A stretch of 64,000 nucleotides of DNA from Callorhinchus milii (taxonomy: Eukaryota): positions 21,826,001 through 21,890,000 of the forward strand of contig NW_024704743.1 in NCBI RefSeq assembly GCF_018977255.1, written 5' to 3'. Below the pieces are notes generated by a model. The model had not been told where the DNA came from. It made no database searches and saw only the letters and a list, made by a program, of their open reading frames with translations. The translations under genes were made by a program, and so were the position numbers. This document shows, piece by piece, positions 35,700-50,069 of the stretch (within the stretch, counting starts at the first letter, position 1; every line of letters starts with the position of its first letter).

Positions 35700-37249
35700 T
35701 TAATTTAGAAGATGTATTATCCACAGTATAGGAGGAGAGGGTAGAGAAATTGGATAGGATAAGAATAAACAGAGAGGAGTTACTAAAAAGGTTGATAGTG
35801 CTCAAGGTAGATAAGTCACCCGGTCCTGTCAGGATGCATCCGAGGTCACTGAGGGATGTAAGGGTGGAATTAGTGGAGGCTCTGGCCACAATCTTTCAAT
35901 CCTCCTTGGACACTGGGGTGGTGCAGAGGACTGGAGGGTTTCAAATGTTACTCCCCTGTACAAAAAAGGGTAAAAGGATAAATCTGGGAACTACAGGCCA
36001 GTCAGCCTAACGTCAGTAGTGGTGAAACTTCTAGACTATAATTTGGAACAAAATTAATTTTCACGTAGAAAAATATGGGTTAATAAAGGGAAGCCAATAC
36101 AAATTTGTTAAAGGCAAATCATATCTAACAAACCTGATGGATTTTTTTGATGAAGTAACGGAGAGAGTGAATGAAGGTAGTACGGTTGATGTAGTTTATA
36201 TGGATTTTCAAAAGGCGTTTGATAAAGTGTCACATAAGAGACATGGAAGCAAAATAGAAGCCCACAGTATTAAAGGTACAGTGGCAGCATGGATACAGAA
36301 CTGGCTGGGAGATAGCAAGCAGAAAGTTGCGGTGAACGGTTGTTTTTCTGACTGGAGGGAAGTGTGCAGTGGTGTTCCCCCAGAGGGACCACTGCTCTTT
36401 TTGATCTGTATAAATAACCTAGACTTGGGTATAAGGAGTACAATTTCCAAGTTTACAGACGATACTAAGCTAGGAAAAGTAGTAAATGGTGAGGAGGATA
36501 ATAGCAGATGGTATAATCTTAAAGGGGGTGAAGGAACGGAGAGACCTGGGGGTTCATATAAGTAAATCTTTGAAGGTGGCAGGACAAGTAGATAAAACTG
36601 TTAAAAAAAACATACAGGATACTAGGCTTTATAAATAAGGGCATATAATACAAAAGTCAGGAAGTTATGATGAACCTTTATAAAGCTGGTTAAGCCTCAG
36701 CTAAATTATTGGGTTGAGTTCTGGGCACCACTTTAGGAAGGATGTCAAGGCATTGGAGAGGGTGCAAAGGAGATTTACTAGGATTGTACCAGAAATGAGG
36801 GACTTCAGTTATGAGGAGAGGCTAGAGAAGCTAGGATTATTCTCCTTGGAGCAGAGAAGGTTAAGAGGAGACTTAATAGAAGTTTCCAAAATTATGAGGG
36901 GATTTGATAAGGTAAACAAGGAGAAACTATTTCCAGTGGCAGGTAGGTCGGTAACCCGAGGACACAGATTTAAAATAGTTGTTAAAAGAAACAGCGGGGA
37001 GGTGATAAGAAATGTTTTCACACTGCGAGTTGTTCAGATCTGGAATGCATTGCCTGAAAGGGTGGAAGCCGACTCAATAACAACTTTTAAGAGAGAAGAA
37101 TTAATTATTTGGGAAGGAAAAGTTTGCAGGCCTATGGTGAGAGAGCGGGGGAGTGGGGTTGATTTGGATAGCTATTTTAAAAGAGCCGGCACAGACATGA
37201 AGGGCCAAATGGCCTCCTTCTGTGCTGTATAATTGTATGATTCTATGAT
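35700..37249 (+). mobile_element. CR1 LINE, 5'-truncated, degenerate RT ORF2 and 3' UTR
   Basis: KSPGP, VDVVYMDFQKAFDKV, KFTDDTKL, LERVQRRFT, LFSLEQRRLRGDLI, WNALP. Ends ...ggcctccttctgtgctgtat..tgattctatgat. Carries stops, frameshifts and an internal deletion. Confidence 0.93.
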
Positions 37250-37394
37250 ATCTTAGTAATGTTTGAAGCCTAAATTTTTCTATTTGTTCCTCTATCCTGT
37301 TTGCCAACAAAATACACTTTGGAGTGAATCTTGTGAAGCAATTTGAGATGTTCCAACAACGGAATAAGGTGTCTATCAAATGCAAGAATTATTC

Positions 37395-37765
37395 CTCTTT
37401 GCATTTGATATCAGGCCTTTCACTTTGGAAGGATGTCTCAAAGCACTTCATAAGATTCACTGCAAAGTGTAGTGACTGCATATTTGTAGGTGAATTTTAT
37501 CGGGGCGATTGTTCATCAGGACACTAGCAGCAACTCTTTTCCCTTTATGAGTAGTGTCATGGGATCTTCAACATCCACCTGAATAGGTAGATGGGACCTG
37601 TTTAATGTCTCATTCAAAGTACGTCACCACTGACAATGTAAAACAGCCCTAACCCTCCTTTGAATGTCAGCCTAGATTATGTGAGTTCAACATACTGACT
37701 CAAGCCTTAAACTTACAAACTTCTGACTCAGAGGGAAGAGTTCTACCAACTGAGCCAGGCTGACA
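37395..37765 (-). mobile_element. Deu-domain SINE (family A)
   Basis: Head gtcagcctggctcagttggtagaactcttccctctgagtcagaag, Deu core and tail. Confidence 0.78.
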
Positions 37766-39679
37766 GCCAAATAAACATTTGGTGTGATCCCTTTCACATC
37801 ATTTTGTAAATATTCAAAGATATTTTTATAAACTGTTTGAAAGAGAAAAAAAAGTACAGGTAACACGGAACATTATGAATTGCTAGGATTTTCTGAATAT
37901 GTTAAATTATTTTGTGAACTTGTCAGAAAGTGACCACAACAGAGGTTTGGATGAAAAGTCAGTAACTTTGCTGACTTTGATCTCATTCAATTCTGCCATC
38001 TTCCTATTCCAACATCAAGTTATTTCTTAAATGGGTATACAATGTGTTGGCTGACAGCTATCAATTAGTCTATGAAATATTTTCCTGGTACATGTCCCTA
38101 CACTTGCCCTTCACAGCCTTGAAAACAGCCTTGAAATCTGAAAGCATTGTCCCGGGTTTACTTTCTCTATTCCATTAAGTACCTCTCAGAGTCCACTGAG
38201 ACATCTCTTCTTGAAACTTGGCTGTAATTCCTCCATCGTTGAAAAGCCCGGAGACATTCACTGTCTAGGCTCACACATTAATAATAGACATTTTGGGAAA
38301 GTACCAAAGGGTGGCCAGTTATCAGTGAACTGTACCCAGAATGAATCAGTGCCTCGAGGATCAGGATCAGACATAGAAACAGAAGGAGGAATGAATCATT
38401 GAATGGACAAAGTAAGACAAACTTTCCATTTTTCAGTTTTGAAAATTACAGGTTTGGTATATAGCATATTCAATATAATTTATTCTAAGTACACACTGTT
38501 AATATAGAATATTCAATGTTTTACTGTGAATTATGATTCTTATTTCTAGTTGACTGATTGCAACTCAGTTCACTTGTCAGTTTCATCATGGAAATAAAGC
38601 TTGTATTTCAGAAGATGTAATTGAGAACCTTGCATTATGTGGTTCCGAATCACTTGAAACATATAATTATATTTGAAATCATAGCGCATACTTACACAAC
38701 CAACATTTTGTAGGCTAGATAAATTAGTTTTGTTTCGTAACATTGATTTCCATCAGTATGTGAACCATTTTCCCATAAATTTCAATATGCTCAGTCGTTT
38801 AAATAAAATACAATTTACATTTATATAGCACCTTTCTTGTCAGGAGGATGACTCAAAGCAGTGGCCAAAGGTTTCATAAAGGGAGTGCTCAGTAACATTC
38901 ATGTCCGTGTGCACAAATGTCTTTTGTCTTTGGTTAAAAAAGTTTTTTAACACAGCCCTTAACAGGTAAATGCCTTTCACCCCTGCTCACAACATTGCAT
39001 GTACTTCGGTTCAGTAACTCTATGACATTGACACACAGGCTGTGATTTCAGAACTAAACGAGGTCAACTGTGTGAGTTTAACCTGTAGCTTCCGGAATGA
39101 TCAATAAAAGTTAGGGTTCAGCGGAGAAAAGCATGGATTTCATCACCCCTTAGCTGATCAACTGCTGGGAAATAAATATCTAACAAAAGAAATAATCTAG
39201 AACCCCATGTAGGTACTCAAATCATCTGCATCAGTTTCAAATGAGATGTTGGTGTTTGGACCTGCAAACAACATAACTGGCTCAGTTAGTAACATTCTTG
39301 CCTCCGAGTCAAAAGTTGTGGGTTCAAGCCCCACATCAGGATTTGGAACTGATACAGTCTAAGATGAGATTCCAATGCAGTGCTGGGGTGTGCTATCTTA
39401 TTGGATACAGTGTATTGCACTAAACACTATATCCTGTGAAGCACTTTGGGACGTCCTCCCAACATGAAGACACTACCAAATGTAAGAATCACTATTATTA
39501 ACAAGACATAAATAAAATTGGTGATTCACTTAATAGCTGTTTGTGGGACATTGCTGTGCGCAAATTGACTGCGCATTTGCGCACAAAGTACAGTCATTTT
39601 ACCACATGTTCTGTAAAGCGCATTGCAATGACTTGACAATGTGATATCTCAACAATTTTTAGCAAGTTGGGTAATTACA

Positions 39680-39835
39680 ACTTAATTGAGCAGAAGGAGC
39701 GATATTATTTGGGGAGGACAAGTTTTAGGGCTATGCAGAGAGAGCAGGGGAGTGGGATTGAATTGGATAGCTCTTTTCAAAGAGCCGGCACAGACGCAAT
39801 GGGCTGAATGGCCTCCTTCTGTGCTGTATAATTCT
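39680..39835 (+). mobile_element. CR1 3' end
   Basis: gagccggcacagacgcaatgggctgaatggcctccttctgtgctgtataattct. Confidence 0.75.
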
Positions 39836-40549
39836 GTAAAAATTGATTAATGCTATTTTCCTCATAAATCAGATACTGATCAATTGAGCCACAAACCCAG
39901 TCTCTCTGTTCCAACTACTGTCTGGATTACAGTTTTGAGGCATAAAATCAGAAAATGCTGAAATATATAACAGGTTGAGCACAATCTGTTGACCCAGAAG
40001 TAAGAGTGCTAACAAATGAACCACCAGACACTCATCTTAATGAATATTTATTACGGCCTCTCCATGGCTCTGACACCATTTCTACAGTGCGTCACCCAAA
40101 ACTGCACATATTACCTCTTGTCTTAACTCATTTAAACTGTGTTCAGCAAACGTGACAAATTAATGTGTGCTGTTTGGGGTGCCACATTGTAGAATTTAAG
40201 AAAAAATGTACAGTTCCTTTGTAAATCTAGACATAGACATCAAGCGCCTGCAAAACAGGAAAATGTCACTGCATTAAAGATCAGCAGAACTTCATTATTA
40301 TTTTAGTATTATTTGATGGTTAAATTTATGACAGGCCTCCTCCCTTCTTCCTTCAGATATTTTAATAGTTCCAGATGCAGAAAATAGCTCATTGTTTTGA
40401 CAAGAGAACGCATGCTGCAACAATTCAACAAATAATGTTTCACATTGAAACCATAGATTAATGTAGATTTATGGAGTGCATCACGGCCAAACCATAATCC
40501 AATGACACCTGAACTTCTGATGTTGTCGTGGAAGTTGAATATTTGTCTG

Positions 40550-40950
40550 TAAGAATCATAGAATCTTACAGCACAGAAGAAGGGCATTCGGCCCATTGTG
40601 CCTGTGCCTACTCTTTGAAAGAGCTGCCAACTAGTCCCACTCCCCCGTTCTTACCCCATAGACCTGCAACTTTTTCCTTTTTAAGTACCTATCCAATTCC
40701 CTTTTGAAAGCTTATCAAATCTTCTTCCACCACGAGATAGCATTAATCAATATTATCACTCCTTCTGCTCATATAACTTGTAGGTACCCAACTTGCTAAA
40801 CATTGTTGAGATATCACCTTTTGAAAGCTATTATCAAATCTGCTTCCTCCACCCTTTCAGGCAGTGCATTCCAGACTGTAACAACTCTCAGGTACAACAA
40901 ATCCTCCTTGTCTCCCCTCTGGTTCTTTTGCCAATTTTCTTAAATCTGTA
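40550..40950 (-). mobile_element. CR1 3' fragment(s)
   Basis: aagaatcatagaatcttacagcacagaagaagggcattcggccc and downstream CR1-like sequence. Confidence 0.72.
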
Positions 40951-40959
40951 TCTTCATCC

Positions 40960-41790
40960 ACATAAGAACATAAGAAATGGGAGCAAGGAGTAGGCCATTC
41001 AGCCCCTCGAGCCTGACCCACCATTTAATAAGATCATGGCTGATCTTCTAACTTAATTCCATTTACCTGCCCTATCCCCATAACCCTTAATCCCTTTAGT
41101 TTTTCAAAATCTATCGATCTCAGTCTTGAATATGTTCAATGACTGAGCATCCACAGCCTTCTGGGGTCATCTCTCGGCTGGACTACTCTAACGCCCTCCT
41201 CGCCGGTCTCCCATCCACCACCATCCATAAAATCCAAATCATCCAAATCTGGCAGCCGCATTCTCACCCACACCAAACTCCACTCCCCGATCACCCCAGT
41301 CCTTGCCAGACTGCACTGGCTGCCTGTCCCAGAGAGGATCGATTTCAAGATCCTCATCCTTGTATTCAAATCCCTCCACTCCTCTGCACCCCCCTACCTC
41401 TCTGATCTCCTCTCTCCTCAAAACAGTACCCATTGCCTTTGTTCCTCCGTGTCTGGCCTCCTCCTCATCCCCCGAGTCCTCCACTCCACCCTTTGCGGCC
41501 ATGCCTTCAGCCACTACGACCCGAGGCTCTGGAACTGCCTCTGAAACTGGAACTCACTCCTTTCGCCTCGCTCCCTCTCTTCCTATTTTCAGGTCTCAGC
41601 TGAAGACCTTTCTTTTCGACCGCACCTATGGTCACCTTCTTCCCCCTCCCCCTGACTCGGTCCCGGAATCCGTTACTGTGAAGCGCTCTGAGATGCCGTC
41701 CGGCACGGAGGGCTCTATATAAATCCAAGTTGTTGTTGTTGTTGTGGAGAATTCCATAAATTCACTACCCTTTGAGTGAAGGAAACAGTT
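40960..41790 (-). mobile_element. CR1 3' fragment split by an L2 insertion
   Basis: ccacagccttctggggt|...|ggagaattccataaattcactacc is uninterrupted in the sister copy near 13500. Confidence 0.8.
41168..41745 (+). mobile_element. L2 3' fragment (distinct subfamily) nested in CR1
   Basis: ISRLDYSNALLAGLP..., with tail aagcgctctgagatgccgtccggcacggagggctctatataaatccaag(TTG)n. Confidence 0.85.
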
Positions 41791-42635
41791 TTGCCCTAAA
41801 TATGCTATCAAAACCTCTCCTAATTTTGAACACCAATCTTGATAGCACAACACTACAATACACATTCGACTCATGAGAAACCTACATATCGCATTCAGTC
41901 CTCGATCCAGCAACTTAATATTCGATCCTCATTGTTTTCGGTCCTGTAACGACAGTTAATCTTACAGCAAAAACTAAGAACTTCTTCACAAATGGTTGTA
42001 AATGTATTGCACTATTGAAAAATAATTAAAATGCTTTGTCAGTAAAAGCAGCATTATCCAAATGCATCATTCACAAGACGGATGTTCCTGTGCTAATTGC
42101 AAATTTCTGTTTGCAATTGTAATTTCAAACTAGGGACAAGCTAACAAATTTATTTTTAAAAAACTGTGATCCACAATGCTGATCTGTTCCTGTCTGACAC
42201 ATGTTAGTGCTGTATTATATAAATATATAATACCGTTTACATTTATTTAGTGCCTTTCACATCAAGAGGATCTGAAAGCGGTTTAAACAATTTACGTAAC
42301 TGAAACCTAAAGAAATGAATGTCGACTAACTTTCATTTTTCTCTGAATAAATCCATAACGTAAAGACAGTCTGACTGTTTAACAAACAGCTCGCTGAAAC
42401 TGCAACACGTGAGAGTTAATTGCACAGAACCGCATAGTGTGCATTGCTAAGCTTGGTTGATTATTTAATTGTATGTAGCTGATAAAATTACTGCTAGGCT
42501 ACTGCAGCCATAACTAGTACATTTCTATCAATATGCGTAATTATTCATAATTTCCGAGAAAAGCAGGATTCTTTATGAGTGATTTAACATTACACAAAGA
42601 ATAGGGATGTATTTCAATATTAAACAGGCAACATC

Positions 42636-42660
42636 NNNNNNNNNNNNNNNNNNNNNNNNN
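42636..42660. other. Assembly gap (25 N)
   Basis: Run of N; single Ns also occur near 46342 and 54304. Confidence 1.
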
Positions 42661-43489
42661 CTTCTCTAGCAGTAAACCACATTTGAAGATGAAAGACTTG
42701 CACAGCAACTTCTGGAAGATAAGCTCCACTTAGTTTATTTAGTCAAGGCTCACACTCCAACAAAATGATGGGGGAACGCTGTATTATCAGAGGTAGTGTC
42801 CTTTGAATGACACGTTAAACTGTGCGACACAGTTAAACTGTGTCCTTTGAATGACACTCTGACACTCAGTGCCTTTTCAGGTGTACAAGAAAGATCCCAT
42901 GGCATTATTTGAAAAAGGGGAAGGCAGTTTCTCCTTTGGTCATGGCCAAGAATTTACAAAAATTGGCTTGAAAATTAACACTAAATAAGAATAATCGAAT
43001 ATTTGCATGCTATGTAATACCAAGAAAAAATATATAGATATAAACCAAGGTAGAACTTCTCCCCAGAGTGTTATAGGATACAAGTTCAAATGAATCCTTT
43101 ATGTTACTGAGTTCCTGCAATTTTCAACTCCAATTTTTATCCTCTAATGCTTATTTCAAAAGTATAACTGTTCCACCACTTGATTAGATCATTTCAGATC
43201 TATTAAATTCACCTTCCCCATCTTTTTTCATGTCTCAAAGTATTCTTTCTTTACAAGTATGTATGTGTGTGAAATCAAGAGTGAGGATTATTATATATGT
43301 ACAAAGCAATTCCATTATAACACTGTCATCTGGGTCTGATGTCTCAGGCCCTGTGTTATAACCAAAATGCAAACAAAGGCCAATAAAATGCACATAGAAT
43401 TAAATGATACTTTTAAAGGCTAACTTTGGATTCTCAGGTGACCATTCTATTATAGTGCTGGGGGTGCCTGCATTGTTAAACAAGCCGAA

Positions 43490-44295
43490 TACAATAACAA
43501 ATTACATTTGTATAGCGCCTTTCATGTCAGAAGGATGTCCCAAGGTGCTGGACAGTCAAGTATCCACACCTAAGCTGGTGGTTGGAATCAGGAGGGGTGA
43601 GGGGTGGAGAGAGTAGGAGGGTGACTGAAGGCACAGTCAAAGAGGAAGCTCTTGAGAGGGGTCTTGAAGGAGGTAAGGGAGACGGTGAGGTGGAGAGACT
43701 GTGGAATGGAGTTTCAAAGATTGTGGGCAGAGAGGCTGAAGGCCCGCCTGCCAATGCTGGGGCGGGCAGGGCGGGGGATGTGAAGCACAGCCAGAGCCTG
43801 CTGAGCAGACTGGGGCAGACAGTTTAGTAAGGGGGTTAGGAGGTCACAGAGGTAGGGGGGAGCGAGGCCATGGAGGGCTTTGAAGACGAGGACCAGGATC
43901 TTGAACTGTATCCTCTGTGTGATGGGAAGCCAGTGGAATCAGGCGAGAATGAGGGTGATAGGGTCATGGAGCCTGGTGCTGGAGTGGACACAGGCTGCAA
44001 AGTTCTGATTGATTTGCAGTATGTGGAGGAAGGAGATGGGGAGTCGAGAAGCAGGATGTTTGCTTAGTCAAGCCTGGATGTGATGAACGAGTGGATGAAT
44101 GTCTCCTCGGCCTGCGGTGAGAGACAGTAGCAGAACCGGACAATAATGCAGAGATGAGGAAAGGCGGAGCAGGTCATGGCATGGATGTGGGATATGAAGG
44201 ATAATGGCTCCATGAGATGTAGAGTGCATCCATGAAGGTTGATGTTGTCAGCGCCCGAGGTATGGAGCTGCTGGTGGGAGACAAGCAGGAGGCAC
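43490..44295 (-). mobile_element. L2 3' fragment
   Basis: Reverse complement of L2 ORF2 C-terminus plus tail. Confidence 0.88.
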
Positions 44296-46864
44296 TAAAG
44301 GTGGCACTATATGAATAGAAAAGGGAGGTTCTCCCGGTATCCTAGCCAATAATCCCTCAAATAAAACTTGTGGTAGACTGCAATGAGCAAATTGGCTGGT
44401 GTGTTCACTTACGTTTGTAGAGTCAATACACTCTGCAGTAATTCTAGTGAAGCACTTTGAGATGTATCGACAATGTAATAAGATGGTATATTAAATGCAA
44501 ATAATATTATTTCGATAAAATTGCCCTGGAGTCATTTATATATGCACAGCGACAAATGTGTGAAATTTACCAAATTGAGAAAAATACTGTTTGGCTCACA
44601 GCAACAAATGGAAATGCATGCTATGAATTTCAGATGAGATTCTTCTTTCACAAAAAAGTACTTTGTTGGGCAAATGTTTCCGTTGGACAAAAGAGCAGCT
44701 CATATGTAAATTTCAGCATGATGACACAATGCACAAATGATTCAATGAAACGTTTTGAAAATATTTATATCTCTGCATTGTACTGTTTCCGAGAAACATC
44801 ACGCTTTGCCACACATATTTCATGATGGCATTACACCTTTAAATTTGTGTCATGCGATTGTGTCAATTATATAACACAAATGAAATAATAATAATAATAA
44901 TAATAATAATTGCATTTGATATAGCACTTTATCATGTCATTACAATGTCTCAAAGTGCTTTACAGGATCTAATGTAAAGTATAGTGACTATACCTGTAAC
45001 CAGACGCAAATAGCGGATTGAAGCAACAAAGAAACATTTGATCCCATTAACCAAACTTCAATTGACTAAAGGGATTTTTACCAAATCCAGTAATTATAAA
45101 TTATTTGGGGGGATTTGAAGCTCCAGGATCTGTTTTACCAGGAGATTAAGCCCAAAGCACAGGCAGTAAAGCTTGATGCAAATGCTTGTCTGCCAAAGAG
45201 AACAATTGCTCTGAAGTAGATCTCATCTTATAAAATAAGATGCTTTTGATGGTAAGAAGTTCTGAAACATTTTGTTTGGATTTGTAACCCTGTTTATTTA
45301 TTCAGCCAAATGCAGAGCCAAACCGGCCCAAATACAGTGAATTATTCTGTTCCATGCTGGATGTATCTAGAATCCAACATAGTTTCATTTCTCTCATTAT
45401 TAAACTCACCATCCCAGTACTGAAATGTACATTTCCAGAATATATTTATAATGCAACAACAGTACCATCCGCAAGGACTCATGCCATGGGAATTAATTAC
45501 AAAGTTGCCCTTTGTCACGCCCCAGTGAAGGATAATATAGATGGAGACTATAAGCAATAAGGAAAATAAATATTAGTTTGAGCACCTCATGGAAATAGGA
45601 ACTGTCATTGGGGGAGAAGCTGGTAATTGGTAAAATTCAGGATCAGAGCAGCACAGGGATAAATTTAGACACTTGCAGAATTATTAATATTAGAAGGATT
45701 TAGAGCAAATGTATTGGATCCTCTGTCAGAATATCTAACAAGATAGACACCATGGCAAAACTATTGCAAAAATAAATTTGTTTGTCGGTGGTTACGCTCA
45801 AATAATACTTCAGTGTCAAACAACTAGAAATCCATAAAAGCAAGTTTTGTTAAGTTTTACTGTAAAAATATTGCATTAAAGGACCGTGTTTTAATAGTGT
45901 GACAGATTCATCTTGTTAAAATACTGCTGTATTGTTAGTGTAAGTCACTACAAATCAACAGAACACACAGTCAAATTTGAGAATTCCTTTTCAAGGAGCA
46001 ATCTGCCCTGATGAGTGCTTCTTTGAGCTATTTGCTTAATAATCCTTACATTTGGTATAGCGCCTCTCATATCTGGAAGATGTCCCAAAGTGCTTCACAG
46101 GATACACTGTGTGTCTTGTTTAGTCACTAATCAGTTTATTTTTCCCTGTGTTTTTATGTGAAAGTTCATCCTTTTAATCCTATGTTAGAAGACATAAACT
46201 TGCTTTGTGAAGAAACATCTACCTCATGATTACTACAAGCTGTTGACTCAACCATGAATCTTTTCTGGTTCAGTTTTGCGGGAAGTCTCACTGAGAGTTA
46301 TTATCAAATCCTGGATTGTTCTCACATCTCATTCATGACTANTTTTTAGCCTGTCCATACAAAACATGATTACTTATTCTTAAGCACAATAACAACAAAG
46401 TACATTTGTATTGCTCATTTCACGTCGGGAGGATGTCCTAAAGCGCTGGGCAGCAGATGTAGTAAGGGGTACGGCAAAAGGACAAGGCATTGGTGCTAAA
46501 GATCTGCCAAGATCTAATAAACTGGTAAAACAGGCTTGATGGGCTAAAAGATCTTCTCCTGTTTTCTATGGTCCTACATTATTTGGTTTAATATCAAAGA
46601 AATGCCCCAGCCATGTTTTGCTTGCGGTAATGCATTATAATCTCTAAATTTGAGAAGGCATTACTCACAAAATCACAAGATTTAGATAAAGAAGGTCATT
46701 CAGCAATCAGATCTCATTCCTCTGGAAGACCCAACCTCCCATCCTCCCATCACAGCAACAAGCCCTTTTTTTAAATGAGTTCAATGCCCTGGCCTCAGCC
46801 ACCCTTCCTGATTGAGGCCAGGACACTGGACCCTTCTTGTTAGAGACTGATATCAATACTGTCG

Positions 46865-47205
46865 TTCTTATAATAATAATAATCCTTGCATTTGATATAT
46901 TGAATATACTGTGAAGTGAATTGACGATATTTTGTGGGTGAAACAGGGCAGCCGATTGCATGCAGCAGTTTCCCACAAACAAGTTGTGGATTAAGTGACC
47001 AGATTATTATTGTTTTTTTAAAGGATTATTACCATCCTGAAAGCAATTCACAAGTCAACTAACAACCCAGTTCCTACTTACTGCTTGGTAAACAGAGACT
47101 TGTGGCGTAACGAACCTTGCCTCAGTTTTCGCCCCGCCCAGGAATTGAACTCGGGTCCTCTCGGTTGCAAGGCGAGTGCTCTAACCAAAACGCTACAGGA
47201 CTCTC
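46865..47205 (-). mobile_element. SINE family B, long form, near full length
   Basis: tRNA-like head, central block and tail. Confidence 0.82.
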
Positions 47206-47879
47206 ATCACTTTCCTAATCCTGAGGATGAAGAAATTCTCTTCAACATGCCCTGGCTTCAAATCATTGGATTGCTGCCGCAGTACTAAAACATTTTGCAG
47301 TCACAGCTTGTCCCTGATCGATATCAGTTATTGTTCAAGATTTTCTGTAGTTCACTCTCTTCCTTCGACAGCGAGCTGAAGAAAGCGGATGCTTTTTAAT
47401 TATTCATGACGGGAAGAGACTGCAGGCTCGATGTGCCAGACCGTTTCAATTTGGTTGCAATTGGCCTTGTGCATCAGGTTGACATAAATGACAATAAAGA
47501 ATGGCCAGAATTGTGTTCCTCTCAGCAATGGTTAATCATAAACAGTGAAACAGTTATTTTTCCCCCCGAAGGTAAGACCGAAGCATTTAGCTACCAGCCT
47601 TATTCCAGTATGGTGAGCACTGCAATACGTGAGAAAGGGAACAAGGCTGTGTAAAATGTGCTCAGCAGGATAGGAATCCAGCTATTATGGCTTCCAGTGG
47701 AGGAAGAGAATTGAATGCAACAGAAGTAAATAATTGTTAAAGTGTGTGATGTACTGTACCTCCCTTTTGGATAGCAAACTTAACTGACACAATTCATAAT
47801 GTGCAGATATTTGATATTTGCATCGACTTCTTTTAATCATTTCCATTGTGACAATGACATTCAGCAATTATAAATCATT

Positions 47880-48320
47880 TATGCAACAGCACTTGGAATA
47901 CTGTATGCAGTTCTGGTCACCACAATACTAAAAGGATATTGCAGCAATTGAGAGGATACGGAGGAGAGCAACCAAAATGATTGAGGGGATGGAGGGACTG
48001 GACTAAGAGGAACGATTGGATAAATCGGACATACTCACGCTGGAGAAGAGAAGGTTGAGGGGCGATATGACTATGGTCCTTAAGATTCTAAAGGGACTAG
48101 ATAACGTAGACCATGATAAGATGTTTAATCTTGTATTGAATACAACCAGAGCACACAGCCTGAGGTTGAAGGGGGGTAAATTCAGAACAAATCTGCGGAA
48201 ACGCTACTTTAGTGAGTGAGTATTAAACTCATGGAACAGGCTCCCTAGGGAAATAGTGGAAGCAGAAAGTGTTGATTCTATCAAGAACAAATTAGATTTC
48301 TGTTAGGAAATAATATGAGG
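47880..48320 (+). mobile_element. CR1 ORF2 C-terminal fragment
   Basis: LEYCMQFWSP, TLEKRRLRGDM, WNRLP. Confidence 0.85.
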
Positions 48321-48593
48321 GATGGCAGCTTTTCTTAGTTAATATCAGTGTTATACTTCTAATCATTTTTTAAATGCATACACTGAAGAGTTACGACCTA
48401 CTTATCCATGTAACATCAATTAAGAATGATAAAAATAAATATTTCTCTAATTTAGTTATTTTAAGAGTGGATAAGGGGAGACACTTTCCTCTGGATGGAG
48501 AATCCAGAACAAAGGGAGCATAATCTAAATATTAGAGCTCCACTTGTTGGTAGTGAAATCAAAACACATTCCTTTACTCAGAAAGTTAATGGA

Positions 48594-49477
48594 CGAGAGA
48601 CAACTTTCTTCAGCTCAATGTGCATAAAACTGAGGCCCTCCTGATTGGCTCGCGTCAGCGCCTCCGCACCTCTGGCGCTGACAGCATCAGCATCCAAGGC
48701 TGCACTCTCCACCTCTCAAAGCCGGTCAGGAACCTCGGCGTTTTGTTCGACCCTGAGCTGTCCTTTCTCCCTCACATCCGCACCACAACTGGCACCGCCT
48801 TCCATCACCTCCGGAACATCGCCAGACTATGGCACTACCTCACCCCTCACGCTGCTGAAACCCTGGTTCACGCCTTTATCACCTCAAGGCTGGACTATGG
48901 GAACTCTCTCCTCGCCGGCCTTCCCGCCACCTCCCTCCACAAGCTGCAGGTCATTCAGAACTCTGCAGCTCGTGTACTGTCCCGCACCAGGCTTCGGGAC
49001 CACATCACACCCACCCTCGCTCGCCTCCACTGGCTCCCCATCCCCCAGAGGATCGAATTCAAGATCCTCACCCTCACCTACAAGGCCATTCACGGCCTTG
49101 CTCCCTCCTACCTCTCCGACCTACTATCCCCCTGCTTACCTGCCCGTACCCTCCGTTCCTCTGGCTCCGGTCTGCTCCACATCCCCCGCCCCAACCGCCC
49201 TCCATCGGTGGCCGGGCCTTCAGTCTCTCAGCCCCCAGGCTCTGGAACTCTATCCCCCAGTGCCTTCGCCGCCTCCTCCCTTTCCTCCTTCAAGGCCGGT
49301 CTCTTTGACCGAGCCTTCAGCTCCCCTCTCGACTCTCTAACCCCTCCTCGCTCCCTCCCTTCCCTCCCCTCACCCTGACCATTTCCCCCCTGCTCGGGTC
49401 CTGACCCAACTGTACAGCGCCTTGGGACGTCCTTCTGACGTGAAAGGCGCTCTATAAATGGAATCTTGTTGTTGTTG
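48594..49477 (+). mobile_element. Young 5'-truncated L2 inserted into an older CR1 fragment (~48460-49690)
   Basis: Open ORF2 C-terminus over ~190 codons and a (TTG)n tail. TSD TAATGGA at 48587-48593 and 49478-49484. Confidence 0.93.
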
Positions 49478-50069
49478 TAATGGATCATGGAATTCATTTC
49501 TTCAAAGGACTATTAATAAAGAGTCAGAGGGAAGGTTTAAGAAGGAAGTAGATAAATACTTAGCTAGGAAGTGTATAGAAGGGCTTGGAGAAAAGGAAGG
49601 CAATTGATATTGAGTTACAGATCAGCCAAGATCTAAGGAAATAGTGGAGCAAACTTGATAGGCCAAATGGCCTACTTCTGTTCCTATTTCAATATTTCAT
49701 TCAAACATTTCTTAACAATATCTTAAAACCTATCTCTTCAAACATCTGGGGGATTGTTCGCCAGGATACTTGGAGAAACTCCCTTCTCTGTTTGAGTCAT
49801 GTCATGGGATCTTTAACATCTATTTGAATAGGCAGACGGGATCTCGATTTAAGATGGCACTCCCAAACACTGCACTAGGGTGTTAGCCTAGACTATGAGC
49901 TCAAAATCCTGACGTGGGCTTGATTGAACCCACAATCTTTTATCATTAATAATAATAATAATGACAGGCAAGAGTGCTACCAACTGAGCCAGGCTGACAC
50001 ATGCACATTCAAGTGTATTAACAGCATGATTTGTTTGATTTTACTGGCTATAATTTTGCTGCAATACAT

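Noticed and set aside
35750..37232. RT ORFs as a functional or domesticated gene
   Set aside because: Fragmented by frameshifts, stops and a deletion; an ordinary decayed CR1 copy.
47371..47570. Exon-like segment (cttcgacag|...gaag|gtaaga)
   Set aside because: All three frames contain stops and there is no recognisable homology. At most non-coding, with no support.
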